A DNA stretch of 62,549 bases, the filler included. It is 5 parts of 5 records of this genome, joined end to end, with 100 filler letters (N's around TTAATTAATTAA, not from the genome) between each part and the next. Parts side by side here need not be neighbours in the genome. Positions count along the whole stretch, not along the records: positions 28,891 to 42,227 come from DRR378314_1239; 4 more parts are not named here. One strand, given 5' to 3'. Below, one piece after another: positions 32,438 to 42,200 of the stretch (position 1 is its first letter; the number at the start of each line of letters is the position of its first letter). A program made the translations under genes and the position numbers. The notes under the pieces are model-generated. The model did not search any database. It worked only from the letters and a program-made list of their open reading frames with translations, and had not been told where the DNA came from.

Positions 32438-32464
32438 AACGCCCGCCTTTCGGCGGGCGTTTTC
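32438..32464 (+). terminator. intrinsic terminator after the monooxygenase pair
   Basis: aacgcccgcc-tttc-ggcgggcgtttt. Confidence 0.85.
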
Positions 32465-32559
32465 GTTCGCGGGTGCTGTCATTTAGTTGTCACGGTAATT
32501 GTCGCCGGAAAAATTCATAATCGGGCTCCCCATTAGAACCGCCAACATCGGAGCCCTCC

Positions 32560-33435
32560 ATGAGCAAAGCCGCGACATCCGCTTCGGATTTGCCGGGACG
32601 CCTCGCCGGCGCCGCCTGCGATCAGGACGAAACCGTACTTTCCGTGCTTGAAGGTCAGACCAGTCTGACCCCGGAGCAGGTGCACCAGGTGCGCGTGGCC
32701 GTGAAGCGGCTGCGGGCGATCTGGCGGGTGATGGCCGGCGTGGTCGACAAGAAGACCGCGCGCCGGCAGGACAAAGCCCTGCGCATGGCGGCACGGGCCC
32801 TGGCCGGCGCCCGCGATACGCAGGTGATGGGCGAAACCCTGGAGAGTTTGCGTAAAGGCGCCCGCGACTACGAAAGCGAGGCCATCGACGCGGTGCGCGC
32901 CCAGGCCCTGGCGGCCGAGCAGGAACTGGCGTCGCCGGCGATGCCGGAAGGTCTGGAAGGCGTGTTCCGCGCCGACCTCTACCTGTGGCGCAACCTGAAC
33001 ATCGAAGCGGATAATGCGGAGCTGATCAAAAAAGGCTTCGGCCGGCTCTATGCCGAAGGCCGGCAGCAGGGGCTGGAAGCGGTGGTGGAGAACCAGCCGG
33101 AGCTGTGGCACCGGTTCCGCAAGCGGGTTAAGTATCAGCTCTATCAGCTGGAACCGCTGGAAAGCAGCCTGGACGACTCCGCCCTTTCACTGAAGGAGTT
33201 TCGCAAGCTGGGCAAGTTGCTCGGCGAGCTGCACGATCTGCATGTGCTCGACGAGCATCTGCGCAAGCGCAAAAAAGACAGCGAGGATAAAGAACCCTTC
33301 GTGATCGTGCGCCAGCTGATCGCCCGGCTGGAGGCGGACCGGGTGGCGGAATGCCGCAAGCGCACCCGCCGCTGCTACAGCCTCAAGCCCAAGGCGTTCC
33401 GCAAAGCCCTGGCCGGCGCGGCCGGCGCCGCCTGA
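32560..33435 (+). CDS. CHAD domain protein (polyphosphate-binding family)
   Basis: VHQVRVAVKRLRA, LAGARDTQV, WHRFRKRVKYQLYQLE, LGELHDLHV. Confidence 0.88.
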   Translation: MSKAATSASDLPGRLAGAACDQDETVLSVLEGQTSLTPEQVHQVRVAVKRLRAIWRVMAGVVDKKTARRQDKALRMAARALAGARDTQVMGETLESLRKGARDYESEAIDAVRAQALAAEQELASPAMPEGLEGVFRADLYLWRNLNIEADNAELIKKGFGRLYAEGRQQGLEAVVENQPELWHRFRKRVKYQLYQLEPLESSLDDSALSLKEFRKLGKLLGELHDLHVLDEHLRKRKKDSEDKEPFVIVRQLIARLEADRVAECRKRTRRCYSLKPKAFRKALAGAAGAA

Positions 33436-33442
33436 GCGGGTT

Positions 33443-33772
33443 TCAGTCCCGCTCTTCGTCGCCGTCCTCGTCTTCTTCGGGTTCCAGGTTGGGCTCGAAG
33501 GCCCGTTTCGCATCCGGCAGGGCGACGGTGTCGCCCACCGCGATGCCCTGGTGTTCGGTGAGCCGCTTGCCGGTTTCCGGATCGATCAACGCCACCACGT
33601 CCCCGTAGCTGGTGCCGTCGGTGTAGGCGTCCACCCGCACCCGCGCCACCAGGCCCTGGAAACGGGCCGACAGCACGCTGCCCTTGTGGGGCGTGGCGTC
33701 GATGTTCGGGTCCTTCGCGTAGTACTCGGCGACGCTCTGGTCGCCGGGCGAATCCCATTCAATGGCTCTCAT
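33443..33772 (-). CDS. small acidic hypothetical protein
   Basis: 109-aa ORF with GGAG RBS, host-like codon usage, acidic tail EPEEDEDGDEERD. Confidence 0.7.
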   Translation of the reverse strand: MRAIEWDSPGDQSVAEYYAKDPNIDATPHKGSVLSARFQGLVARVRVDAYTDGTSYGDVVALIDPETGKRLTEHQGIAVGDTVALPDAKRAFEPNLEPEEDEDGDEERD

Positions 33773-33882
33773 TAAGTACGCTCCATGTCGTGTGACGCTT
33801 CACTGGACAGAGTGCGCCGCGTCGCCGGCTTCGACAACACAGGGGCGCGCTGCAAACGCAAACTCCTGTAAAGAGCGCCGGT

Positions 33883-34617
33883 TCAGGCGACGGTATCCAA
33901 CTCCGGGTAGTGGCGGAAGATGCCGCTCTCGTTAAACGGCTGGCGTCGATCCGACTGCAGATACGCCTGGATGCCCGGCCGTGCCGCGACCCGTTCAACC
34001 AGCGTCAGCGTTCTGGGAATGCGCGCCCTGTGCGTGTTCATGGTTTTCGGAAACGCGTACTGCAGACCGCGAATAACCTGAAACAGCGACAGGTCCGCGT
34101 AGCAGTGCTCGCCGCCAGCCAGATACTCCGGCCCGGCCGGGTTCAGTTCCAGAACCCGCTCGAAATAATCGAGAAAGCGTGGCAGCCGCTGTTGGTGGAA
34201 GGCAACCGCCCGGCGGCGCGCTTCCGCTTCCTGTTGGTGGTAATACAGCGACGGCCCGATCGGGTGATGAATGTCGTGGATCTCCGCCACCCAGTCACTC
34301 ACGGTCAGTTGCAGGCCGTGGATCCAGTAGCGCGCCGGCTCGTTGTCGGGCACCAGGGCCAGGGGCGGGCCGAGGAACTGGAGAATATTCGCCACATGCG
34401 AAATCACCAGATTACCGGCCTTCAGAAAGGGCGGCGCGAACGGCGGGCGCGGGGTGGCGTCACCGTTGAGGTAGCTGTCGATGGCGGGCAGGCCGAGACC
34501 GTCGCGGGCGTCGCCCAGCCCCACATCGAGATAGGGCGCGCCGGCATCTTCCAGGGCGAGTCGGACGAACTCGCCGCGTCCTTGAATGCCGGGCCAGTAG
34601 AAGAGTTCATAGCGCAT
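33883..34617 (-). CDS. glutathione S-transferase family protein
   Basis: YELFYWPGIQGRGEFVRLALE, FAPPFL, YADLSLFQ. Confidence 0.88.
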   Translation of the reverse strand: MRYELFYWPGIQGRGEFVRLALEDAGAPYLDVGLGDARDGLGLPAIDSYLNGDATPRPPFAPPFLKAGNLVISHVANILQFLGPPLALVPDNEPARYWIHGLQLTVSDWVAEIHDIHHPIGPSLYYHQQEAEARRRAVAFHQQRLPRFLDYFERVLELNPAGPEYLAGGEHCYADLSLFQVIRGLQYAFPKTMNTHRARIPRTLTLVERVAARPGIQAYLQSDRRQPFNESGIFRHYPELDTVA

Positions 34618-34706
34618 GGTTTTCCTCCCAGCGCGGCCCGGATGGGGTCGTTGCTGGAACGGTAGTTCAAAGCGCGGGCGCTGACAAATCTATTCTCATT
34701 GCGGTT

Positions 34707-35612
34707 TTACGGTGTGATGCCGGGCTGGTCGCGCAGCAGGTCAACCAGCCAGTCGACGAACACTTTCACCTTCCCGGACAGGTGCCGGTTATGGGGATAG
34801 ACCACGGACATCAGTGACGGGGCCGGCCGGTAGTCGGGGAGCACTTCCACCAGCTCGCCCCGGCGCAGGTGCTCCGCCAGACCGTGCAGCGGCGCCTGGA
34901 CCAAACCGAGCCCGGCCAGCGCCGCCGCCATGTACGCCTCGGTGTTATCCGTGGTGATGCGGGCGGGCAGGGTGACCTCGCGCACCACGCCGTGCTCAAG
35001 GTATTCCCAGGGAAGGGACCGGCCGGTGCGACCGGCGTGATAGTGGACCGCCTGGTGGCCGGCCAGGTCCGCGGGCACCGTCGGCGTACCGAAACGCCGC
35101 AGGTAGCCGGGCGCGGCGCAGCTGATCTCCCGTAGTTCGCCGACCCGGCGCGCCACCAGGCCGGAATCCGGCAACGGCCCTACCCGCAGGGCGCAGTCCA
35201 GGCCCTCCTGAATCAGGTCCACGGGGCGGTCGCTGACGCCGATCTCCAGATTGAGCTCCGGGTACCGGTCGCAGAAGGCGGGCAGGGCGGGAATGATCAG
35301 CAGGCGCGCCGGTCGGCCGGGCAGGTTGACCCGCAGGCGCCCGGACGGCCGCTGCCCCTGGGTGAGCATCGCCTCGGTGTCGGCCAGGGCTTCCAGCAGA
35401 TGCAGGCAGCGCTCGTAGTAGGCGCCGCCGTCCACGGTGACCGCCACCCGCCGGGTGGTGCGGTTCAGCAGACGCACGCCCAGATGGGCTTCCAGCTGTT
35501 GTATCGCCGTGGTCACGGTGGCGCGGGGCATTTCCAGGGTCTCCGCCGCGCGGGTAAAACTGCCGGCTTCCACCACCCGGGTGAACACCTGCATGGCTTT
35601 GAAGCGGTCCAT
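34707..35612 (-). CDS. LysR family regulator (CrgA-like)
   Basis: MDRF..GSFTRAA..LEAHLGVRLLNRTTRRV HTH; divergent from the AKR gene. Confidence 0.92.
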   Translation of the reverse strand: MDRFKAMQVFTRVVEAGSFTRAAETLEMPRATVTTAIQQLEAHLGVRLLNRTTRRVAVTVDGGAYYERCLHLLEALADTEAMLTQGQRPSGRLRVNLPGRPARLLIIPALPAFCDRYPELNLEIGVSDRPVDLIQEGLDCALRVGPLPDSGLVARRVGELREISCAAPGYLRRFGTPTVPADLAGHQAVHYHAGRTGRSLPWEYLEHGVVREVTLPARITTDNTEAYMAAALAGLGLVQAPLHGLAEHLRRGELVEVLPDYRPAPSLMSVVYPHNRHLSGKVKVFVDWLVDLLRDQPGITP

Positions 35613-35626
35613 GGTGCGGTCTCGAT

Positions 35627-35644
35627 TATTCAGATATCTGAATA
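35627..35644. promoter_or_regulatory. putative LysR operator
   Basis: Perfect 18-bp palindrome tattcagatatctgaata containing T-N11-A, between divergent lysR and akr. Confidence 0.65.
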
Positions 35645-35724
35645 GAGTTAACCATGGAAGGCGGTTTATCCGCCATTCCTGAATGGCACAGACTGGGGAC
35701 CCGTCATCGACAGGAGTATCGGCA

Positions 35725-36714
35725 ATGCAAGAACGACGTTTGGGCCGGGACGGCCCGCGAGTCTCCGCCCTGGGGCTGGGCTGCATGGGCATGAGTGATT
35801 TCTACGGTGGCCGCGACGACCGGGAGTCCATCGCCACCCTGCACGCGGCGCTGGATCAGGGGGTCACCCTGATCGATACCGCCGACATGTATGGTCCGTA
35901 CACCAATGAGGAATTGGTGGGTAAAGCGATCGCCGGACGCCGTGACCGGGTTTTCCTGGCCACCAAGTTCGGCGTGGTCCGCGACAGCGATAACCCGCAT
36001 TCCCGTGGCGTCGACGGCAGCCCTGATTATGTGCGGCGTTCGGTGGAGGGCAGCCTGAAGCGCCTGGGCGTGGACCATATCGACCTTTATTACCAGCACC
36101 GCATTGATCCGGAGGTGCCCATCGAGGACACCATGGGCGCCATGGCAAGGCTGGTCGAGGAAGGAAAAGTGCGCTACCTGGGGCTCAGCGAGGCGGCCCC
36201 GGACACGCTGCGGCGCGCCCACCAGGTCCATCCGATCACCGCGCTGCAGATGGAATATTCGCTCTGGACCCGGGACGCGGAGGCCTCAATGCTTCCCCTC
36301 TGTCGGGAGCTGGGCGTCGGCTTCGTTGCCTACAGCCCTTTGGGGCGAGGTTTTCTCAGCGGCGCGATCCGCTCCCCGGAGGATTTCGACAGTGACGATT
36401 TTCGCCGGCACAACCCCCGTTTTCAGGGCGCTAATTTTCAGCGCAACCTGGACTTGGTGGACCAGGTGACGGCGCTTGCCGAGGCCAAAAAGGTGCTGCC
36501 CTCACAGCTGGCGCTGGCGTGGGTGCTGGCCCAGGGGGAGGACATCGTGCCGATCTTCGGCACCAAGCGGCGGCGCTATCTGCAGGAAAACCTGGGCGCC
36601 CTGGGCCTCACCCTCAGCAAGGAGGATCAACAGGCCCTGGCGCGCATCTTCCCGATGGACGCCGCCGCCGGTGAACGCTACGGCGAAGCGGGCATGGCCA
36701 CGCTGGGGCGTTGA
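35725..36714 (+). CDS. aldo/keto reductase (AKR13 family)
   Basis: [40 protein letters not shown]. Confidence 0.93.
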   Translation: MQERRLGRDGPRVSALGLGCMGMSDFYGGRDDRESIATLHAALDQGVTLIDTADMYGPYTNEELVGKAIAGRRDRVFLATKFGVVRDSDNPHSRGVDGSPDYVRRSVEGSLKRLGVDHIDLYYQHRIDPEVPIEDTMGAMARLVEEGKVRYLGLSEAAPDTLRRAHQVHPITALQMEYSLWTRDAEASMLPLCRELGVGFVAYSPLGRGFLSGAIRSPEDFDSDDFRRHNPRFQGANFQRNLDLVDQVTALAEAKKVLPSQLALAWVLAQGEDIVPIFGTKRRRYLQENLGALGLTLSKEDQQALARIFPMDAAAGERYGEAGMATLGR

Positions 36715-36723
36715 ACGCGGCGG

Positions 36724-37665
36724 CTAGCGCCGGGGCGTGGACACCACCGGCATGGCCTCGCAGGGCTCGGCCCACCTCGCGTCGGCGGTGAACAGGGTGT
36801 CGGTGACCTGGTGCGGGTAGACCGCCGACACCGCGCTGGTCAGGCGCTCGCGCAGGGTGTCCAGCTGCGGCAGCCCGGTGAGCGGAAAATCCGCCGGCAG
36901 CACCACATGGATCATCACATACAGCTGGCGGCCCGGGCGCACCATGCGCACCTGACACTGGCGCACCGGCAGGTCGGCCAGCGCCGCGTCGATGGCGGCC
37001 AGCACCGGGCGGCGCAGCTCGCGGGGCGGTGCCCGGTTGAGCAGCTCCATGATCGCGCCCTTGGCCATGCGGATGGGCACGCTCAGGCAGAACAGCACCA
37101 CCGCGATCACCAGCACCGAATCCACGTAGGGCACGATGTCGTCGCGATCGAAGAAGCGCGCCACCGGGATCATGCAGAAGGTGAGCAGCACGCCGGAGGA
37201 GATCAGCGCATTCACCAGCCAGTTCTCGAAATCGGCGCGCATCAGCGGGCTGTCCACGTGCCGGCGGCTGCGGTGCAGCGCCCAGGCGGTCAGCGAGCAG
37301 GCCAGGGTGGCGAACACGGCGTAGCCGATGGCCGGGCCGGCGACGATTTCGCGGCCGCCGGCGAGCAGCGCCAGCACCGCGTCGACCAGCGCGAACAGCG
37401 CCACGCCGAGAATCAGCAGGCCCTTGCCGGCGTTCACCAGGGATTCGAAGTAGCCGTAGCCGAATGGGAATTTGCGGTCGTCGGGCTGGGCCGCCAGCAC
37501 GCTGATGCGCACCGTCACCAGGGCGACCAGAAAGTAGATCAGGTTGAACAGGCCATCCAGAAGGATGGCCTTGGACTGGGTCAGGGACGCGGCGGTGACC
37601 GCGGCGGCGCCCACGACCAGGGACATCACCACGGAAAGAATCAGTGCGCCGCGCTCGCTTTTCAT
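36724..37665 (-). CDS. cation efflux (CDF) family transporter
   Basis: SKAILLDGLF, FPFGY..E, several TM helices, C-terminal dimerisation domain. Confidence 0.8.
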   Translation of the reverse strand: MKSERGALILSVVMSLVVGAAAVTAASLTQSKAILLDGLFNLIYFLVALVTVRISVLAAQPDDRKFPFGYGYFESLVNAGKGLLILGVALFALVDAVLALLAGGREIVAGPAIGYAVFATLACSLTAWALHRSRRHVDSPLMRADFENWLVNALISSGVLLTFCMIPVARFFDRDDIVPYVDSVLVIAVVLFCLSVPIRMAKGAIMELLNRAPPRELRRPVLAAIDAALADLPVRQCQVRMVRPGRQLYVMIHVVLPADFPLTGLPQLDTLRERLTSAVSAVYPHQVTDTLFTADARWAEPCEAMPVVSTPRR

Positions 37666-37745
37666 GGCCCGCTCCGGTTGCCGTTAAAAAGCGCAGTCTA
37701 GCGCAAATCCCCGCGCGCGGAACGGCACCATGGTTACCGAGGGTT

Positions 37746-38222
37746 TCAACCCTGGTCGGAGAAATCCTTGTAGGCGTCCATGGCCTTGCGGGTCAGCACC
37801 GGGCCCGCCGCCCGGGTAACCAGACGGCGGGCGTTGGGGCTGGCGGCCAGCAGGATGCCGGCGGCCAGCGCACCGACCACCACCGTGCCGGTGTGCTCCC
37901 GGGTCCATTGCGCGGCGCGGTCGCCCACCAGGGGCCGGAGATTGTCCTCAATGCGCTCGTCCTGGCGCGAGAGCTCGCGGCTGTCCTTGCCGCTGGATCC
38001 GGATTTGTGGGTGGTACGTTGCACCACCACCACGAGCAGCACCGCCATGACCAGCAGGCCGAGGCCGGTGAACAGGGACGCCAGGGGCGCGCCCAGGGGC
38101 GGCGCCATGGCGAACCAGGCGGCGGCCGCTAGGCAAAGCAGGGCCGCGAAGCCGGTGAGCATGGCCAGCCAGACCAGCGCGTTAAGGCTGAACAGGCTGG
38201 ACAGGGGGCCGCGTATATTCAT
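37746..38222 (-). CDS. membrane protein, YqjE/holin-like partner of DUF883
   Basis: Two N-terminal TM helices plus a C-terminal hydrophobic helix; directly follows the DUF883 gene. Confidence 0.6.
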   Translation of the reverse strand: MNIRGPLSSLFSLNALVWLAMLTGFAALLCLAAAAWFAMAPPLGAPLASLFTGLGLLVMAVLLVVVVQRTTHKSGSSGKDSRELSRQDERIEDNLRPLVGDRAAQWTREHTGTVVVGALAAGILLAASPNARRLVTRAAGPVLTRKAMDAYKDFSDQG

Positions 38223-38225
38223 CGA

Positions 38226-38495
38226 TCAGCGACTGATCAGTTTGCCGATCAGCAGGCCCACGCCGAACGCGCTGAGCACGCTGGTGAAGGGGCGCTCCTT
38301 GATGTGCGAACCCACTTGCTCGGCCTGGCCTTCGGCCTGACGGCGCACCTGGTCGAACTGATCGCGGGCGTGTTCCACGCCGGCCTGGGCGCGTTGCTGG
38401 GAGTTGCGTTTAAACGCTTCGGTAAGCGCGCCCAGATCGCGGCGCAGCTGGTCCATGTCCTTCTTGAGTGCTTCGGTTTCCGGCGATTGACTCAT
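38226..38495 (-). CDS. DUF883 / YqjD-ElaB family protein
   Basis: Coiled-coil N-terminus and IKERPFTSVLSAFGVGLLIG tail anchor. Confidence 0.85.
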   Translation of the reverse strand: MSQSPETEALKKDMDQLRRDLGALTEAFKRNSQQRAQAGVEHARDQFDQVRRQAEGQAEQVGSHIKERPFTSVLSAFGVGLLIGKLISR

Positions 38496-38607
38496 TACAA
38501 CCTCCTGTTGCGATGAAGAATCCGTAAGTGGAATTCGAGCATAGAGGATGAACAGAGCCTCTGCCTACGGACACATGCAAAAGATTGATAAAGCGGCGGA
38601 TAAAAGC

Positions 38608-39615
38608 TCAGAGGTTACGGATCACCTCGTCGGTGAACTCGGAAGTGGAGGCCTTGCCGCCCAGGTCCGGCGTGGTGACCTTGCCTTCGCCCACCACGAA
38701 GCGGATCGCTTTGCGCATCCTTTCGGCGTCTTCGTTACGTTCCAGGTATTCCAGCATCATCGCCGCGCCCAGCATCAGGGCGGTGGGGTTGGCGATGTTC
38801 TGCCCGGCGATGTCCGGCGCGCTGCCGTGCACCGCTTCGAAGATGCCCTTGTGCTCGCCCACGTTGGCGCCGGGCGCCAGGCCCAGGCCGCCGGTGAGGC
38901 CGGCGCACAGGTCGGAGAGAATGTCGCCGAACAGGTTGGTGGTGACGATCACGTCGAAGCGGTGCGGGTTCATCACCAGCTGCATGGCGCAGTTGTCGAC
39001 GATCATCTCCTCGTGCTCGATGTCCTCGTACTCCTTGGCGATGGAGCGCGCCACGTCCAGGAACAGGCCGGAGGTGGACTTCATGATGTTGGCCTTGTGC
39101 ACCACCGTCACCTTGCGGCGGTTGAGCCGGCGGGCCGCTTCATAGGCGAAGCGCATCAGCCGCTTGGATTCCTTGCGGGTGATCACGCTGCGCAGCTCGG
39201 CGCGCTCGCCGTCGTCGCTGACGGTCTGGCCTTCGCCGGAGTAAATCCCTTCGATGTTTTCGCGGATGGTGACGATGTCCACGTTGTCGTAGCGCGAGCG
39301 CACGCCGGGAATGGACAGCGCCGGGCGCAGATTGGCGAACAGGTCGAAGTGCTTGCGCAGGGTCACGTTCACCGAGCTGAAGCCCTTGCCCACCGGTGTG
39401 GTGATCGGGCCTTTCAGCGCCACCGGGTTCTTTTCAATCAGGTCCAGGGTTTCCTGGGGCACCAGGTCCTCGCCCTTGTCCAGGGCGGTTTGCCCGGCGA
39501 TCGCGTAGTCATAGGTGAGGCCGCAATCGAGCGCGTCTAGGACACGGATGGTGGCGCTCATGATGTCCGGGCCGATGCCGTCGCCGGGGATGACTGTAAC
39601 GCGTGTTGCCGCCAT
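38608..39615 (-). CDS. icd: isocitrate dehydrogenase (short NAD-type isocitrate/isopropylmalate family)
   Basis: GDGIGP, LKGPITTP..SVNVTLRK, VHKANIMK, NLFGDILSDL, EAVHGSAPDIAG. Confidence 0.8.
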   Translation of the reverse strand: MAATRVTVIPGDGIGPDIMSATIRVLDALDCGLTYDYAIAGQTALDKGEDLVPQETLDLIEKNPVALKGPITTPVGKGFSSVNVTLRKHFDLFANLRPALSIPGVRSRYDNVDIVTIRENIEGIYSGEGQTVSDDGERAELRSVITRKESKRLMRFAYEAARRLNRRKVTVVHKANIMKSTSGLFLDVARSIAKEYEDIEHEEMIVDNCAMQLVMNPHRFDVIVTTNLFGDILSDLCAGLTGGLGLAPGANVGEHKGIFEAVHGSAPDIAGQNIANPTALMLGAAMMLEYLERNEDAERMRKAIRFVVGEGKVTTPDLGGKASTSEFTDEVIRNL

Positions 39616-39749
39616 GGGAACTCCTGATTGCCGGTTTTCGGGACGCTATTCAAGCAAGCGTGCGGGGGCGCCGCAAGCGACCTTAGTCTATACGAACAGG
39701 GCCGCTTCTGTGCAGGCGTGGCCCCAGGGATACAAGGACCGTGCCACGC

Positions 39750-40664
39750 TCAGTGGGTCGTCGGCGGGTGCCCGGCGAGCTGGCGCGCGGTGTCGAGAAA
39801 CTGGCCCAGCACCACGCCCGGCGGGCCTTTGCCGCGCGTCAGTAGCAGCGGCAGGGTGGCCGGCGCCGGCCGCCCGTGAACCGTCAGGGGGCGCAGCAGT
39901 GCCCCATATTGATCGTCGGTGTCCGGGTCGCAGGGCACGATCGCCACGCCCAGGCCGGCCGCCACCAGACCGGCGGTGGTGGACAACTGGTGGGCCTGGT
40001 GGCTGACGCGGGGCCGGAAGTCCGCTTCCGCGCACAGCTGCGTGATGCGCGCCACGAAGCCGTCGGCCAGGCCCGCCGGCGGCAGGATAAAGGGCTCCGC
40101 GGCGAGCAGCTCCAGGGCCACGGTGCGCAGCGTCAGCAGCGGGTGCCGGGGCGGCAGTATCACGCACAGCGGCTCCTCGGTGAGCGCTTCCCAGGGCAGC
40201 GCCGCCGGGCTCTGCGCGGAGTGCACGAAGCCGATATCCAGCCGGCCCGCCTCCAGTTCGTGTAACTGGGCGTCGTCCGAGGCCTCGCGAATGTTCAGGG
40301 CGATACGCGGGAACAGCGCGCGGAAGGCGCTGAGAATGCGGGGCACCAGCGGCGGCAAGGGCGCCGCGGGCACGCCGATGCGCAGCTGGCCGTTGGCCGG
40401 CAGGCGCGTGCGCGGCGCGCGGCTGGCTTCCTGGCTGGCGAGCAACGCCCGGGCGCTGATCACCAGGGCGTCGCCGGCGCCGGTCAGGCTCACCGCCGTG
40501 GCGTTAACGATCAGCAGGGGCGCGCCCATGTCGCGCTCCAGTTCCCGCACGCTCTCCTTCAACAACATGGGATGGCGGCCCAGGCGTTGGGCGGCGCGGG
40601 CGAAATCACCTTCCTCGGCGACGGTAAGAAAGTCCCTGAGGTCCTCGCTGCGGATCCGGTCCAT
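39750..40664 (-). CDS. LysR family protein with divergent DNA-binding domain
   Basis: LysR substrate domain (LDIGF, LVAAGLGVAIVP); HTH region atypical. Confidence 0.8.
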   Translation of the reverse strand: MDRIRSEDLRDFLTVAEEGDFARAAQRLGRHPMLLKESVRELERDMGAPLLIVNATAVSLTGAGDALVISARALLASQEASRAPRTRLPANGQLRIGVPAAPLPPLVPRILSAFRALFPRIALNIREASDDAQLHELEAGRLDIGFVHSAQSPAALPWEALTEEPLCVILPPRHPLLTLRTVALELLAAEPFILPPAGLADGFVARITQLCAEADFRPRVSHQAHQLSTTAGLVAAGLGVAIVPCDPDTDDQYGALLRPLTVHGRPAPATLPLLLTRGKGPPGVVLGQFLDTARQLAGHPPTTH

Positions 40665-40811
40665 AGCATTCACCGGCGGGTTGTTTTTTTACCACGATAC
40701 CCCTGTTGGCGGCCGGCGCCATAGTGTTTCGTAATTCGTAACCAGGGGTAACGTTCGCGCCCGTGGAATGGCATGCTAATAGACCTTCCGATCCGTTGGG
40801 GAAACGAACGC

Positions 40812-41198
40812 ATGTGGTTATACGTACTGGCGATCAGTGGCGGCGCGGCCCTGGGCGCCAATGCCCGCTGGCTGTTGGGGCTGTGGCTGAACGCGCTGTT
40901 TCCGGCGTTGCCGCTGGGCACGCTGGCGGCCAACCTGCTGGGCGGCTGGCTGATCGGCCTGGCGTTGGGGGTGTTCGCCTGGCTGCCGGCGCTGGCGCCG
41001 GAGTGGCGGCTGTTCCTGGTTACCGGGTTTCTCGGCGCCCTGACCACCTTCTCCACCTTTTCGGCGGAGATGTTCGAGCACCTGCAAAGCGGCCGCTGGG
41101 CGGTGGCCCTGGCCGGCATCGCGGTGCACGTGGCCGGTTCCCTGGCGATGACCGGCCTGGGTTTCGCCATGGTGGCGCTGGTGCGCGACCGGCTGTAA
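40812..41198 (+). CDS. crcB: fluoride efflux channel Fluc/CrcB
   Basis: [33 protein letters not shown]. Confidence 0.95.
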   Translation: MWLYVLAISGGAALGANARWLLGLWLNALFPALPLGTLAANLLGGWLIGLALGVFAWLPALAPEWRLFLVTGFLGALTTFSTFSAEMFEHLQSGRWAVALAGIAVHVAGSLAMTGLGFAMVALVRDRL

Positions 41199-41201
41199 GG
41201 C

Positions 41202-41354
41202 CTAGACGCGCACCGCGTGCGGCGTTTCGCCGCGCAGTTTGACCACGTCCGCCCGGGGCGGCGCGCCGAACAGGCGGCTGTATTCGCGGCTGAAATGGGA
41301 CGGACTTTCGTAACCCACCCGGAAGCTGGCGGTGGCCGCTTCCAGCCCCTCACT
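41202..41354 (-). pseudogene. C-terminal remnant of an AraC-family regulator
   Basis: Manual translation [37 protein letters not shown]...stop at 41202; no upstream part present. Confidence 0.8.
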
Positions 41355-41360
41355 GGCCTG

Positions 41361-41752
41361 GTGGGCGACGACGGCGAGATCGTGCGGCTCTCCGATGTGG
41401 CGCGCCTGGAGCTGGCGCCGGCGATTACACCCTGCGCGCGCAGTTGGACGGTAAGGACGCGGTGACCATCGCCATCTCCACGGTGATCTCCACGATCAAC
41501 TCGCTGACCCTGTCGCCGGCGCTGGCGGCCATGCTGCTCAAGCCCCACGACGCGCCCAAGGACCGGCTTAAAGCCAAGGCCCAGGCCGACCCGACGGTGC
41601 TGTCCTCCGCCCAGGCCATGGCCGGCCTCACCGCCCTCGGCGAAGAGGTGCTGCCCCCGGGCATGGACTTCGAATGGACCGACCTGAGCTACCAGCAGGC
41701 CACCCAGGGCAACGCCGCGCTGGTGGTGTTCCCGCTCTCCATTCTGCTGGTG
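41361..41752 (+). pseudogene. internally deleted RND efflux permease fragments (OqxB/MexF-like)
   Basis: Non-contiguous pieces [56 protein letters not shown] and LPPGMDFEWTDLSYQQATQGN. Confidence 0.85.
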
Positions 41753-42200
41753 GCCCTGGCGTGGCTTTCCGGCTGCGCCGACGAACAACGCTTCTGGGCC
41801 GGTTTCGAAGACCCGATGCTGGCGGGTTTGATCCGCCAGACCCTGGACGCCAACCGCGACCTGCGCGCCGCGCTGGCCCGCTACCAGCGCGCCGAAGCGC
41901 TGCTGCGCGGCAGCCGTGCCGAGCAACTGCCGAGCGTGGGCGTCTCCGCGTCCGCCGCCGAGCAGCACCTGGCGGATGTGGAGCGCACGCCGCCGGGCGC
42001 CGGTGACGACCGCGTCGAGCTGTATCAGGCGGCTGCGGGTCTGAGTTGGGAGCTGGATCTGTTCGCCCGTCTGCGCCGCGCCAGCGAAGCGCAGCGGGCC
42101 GAGCTGGGCGCCGCCGGCGCCGACCTGGCCGCGCTGCAAGTGGCGCTGGTCGGCCAGCTCGCCACCTGCTACTTCGAACTGCGCGGCCTGCAGCAACAAA
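41753..42200 (+). pseudogene. outer membrane efflux factor (OprM/NodT family) fragment
   Basis: LSGC lipobox, FEDPMLAGLI..ANRDLRAA, SWELDLFARLRR, LATCYFELRG. Confidence 0.82.

Noticed and set aside
40665-40811. Fluoride riboswitch upstream of crcB
   Set aside because: The conserved GATGG..CC / GCTGATGAC..CTAC pattern was not found by eye; an Infernal search would be decisive
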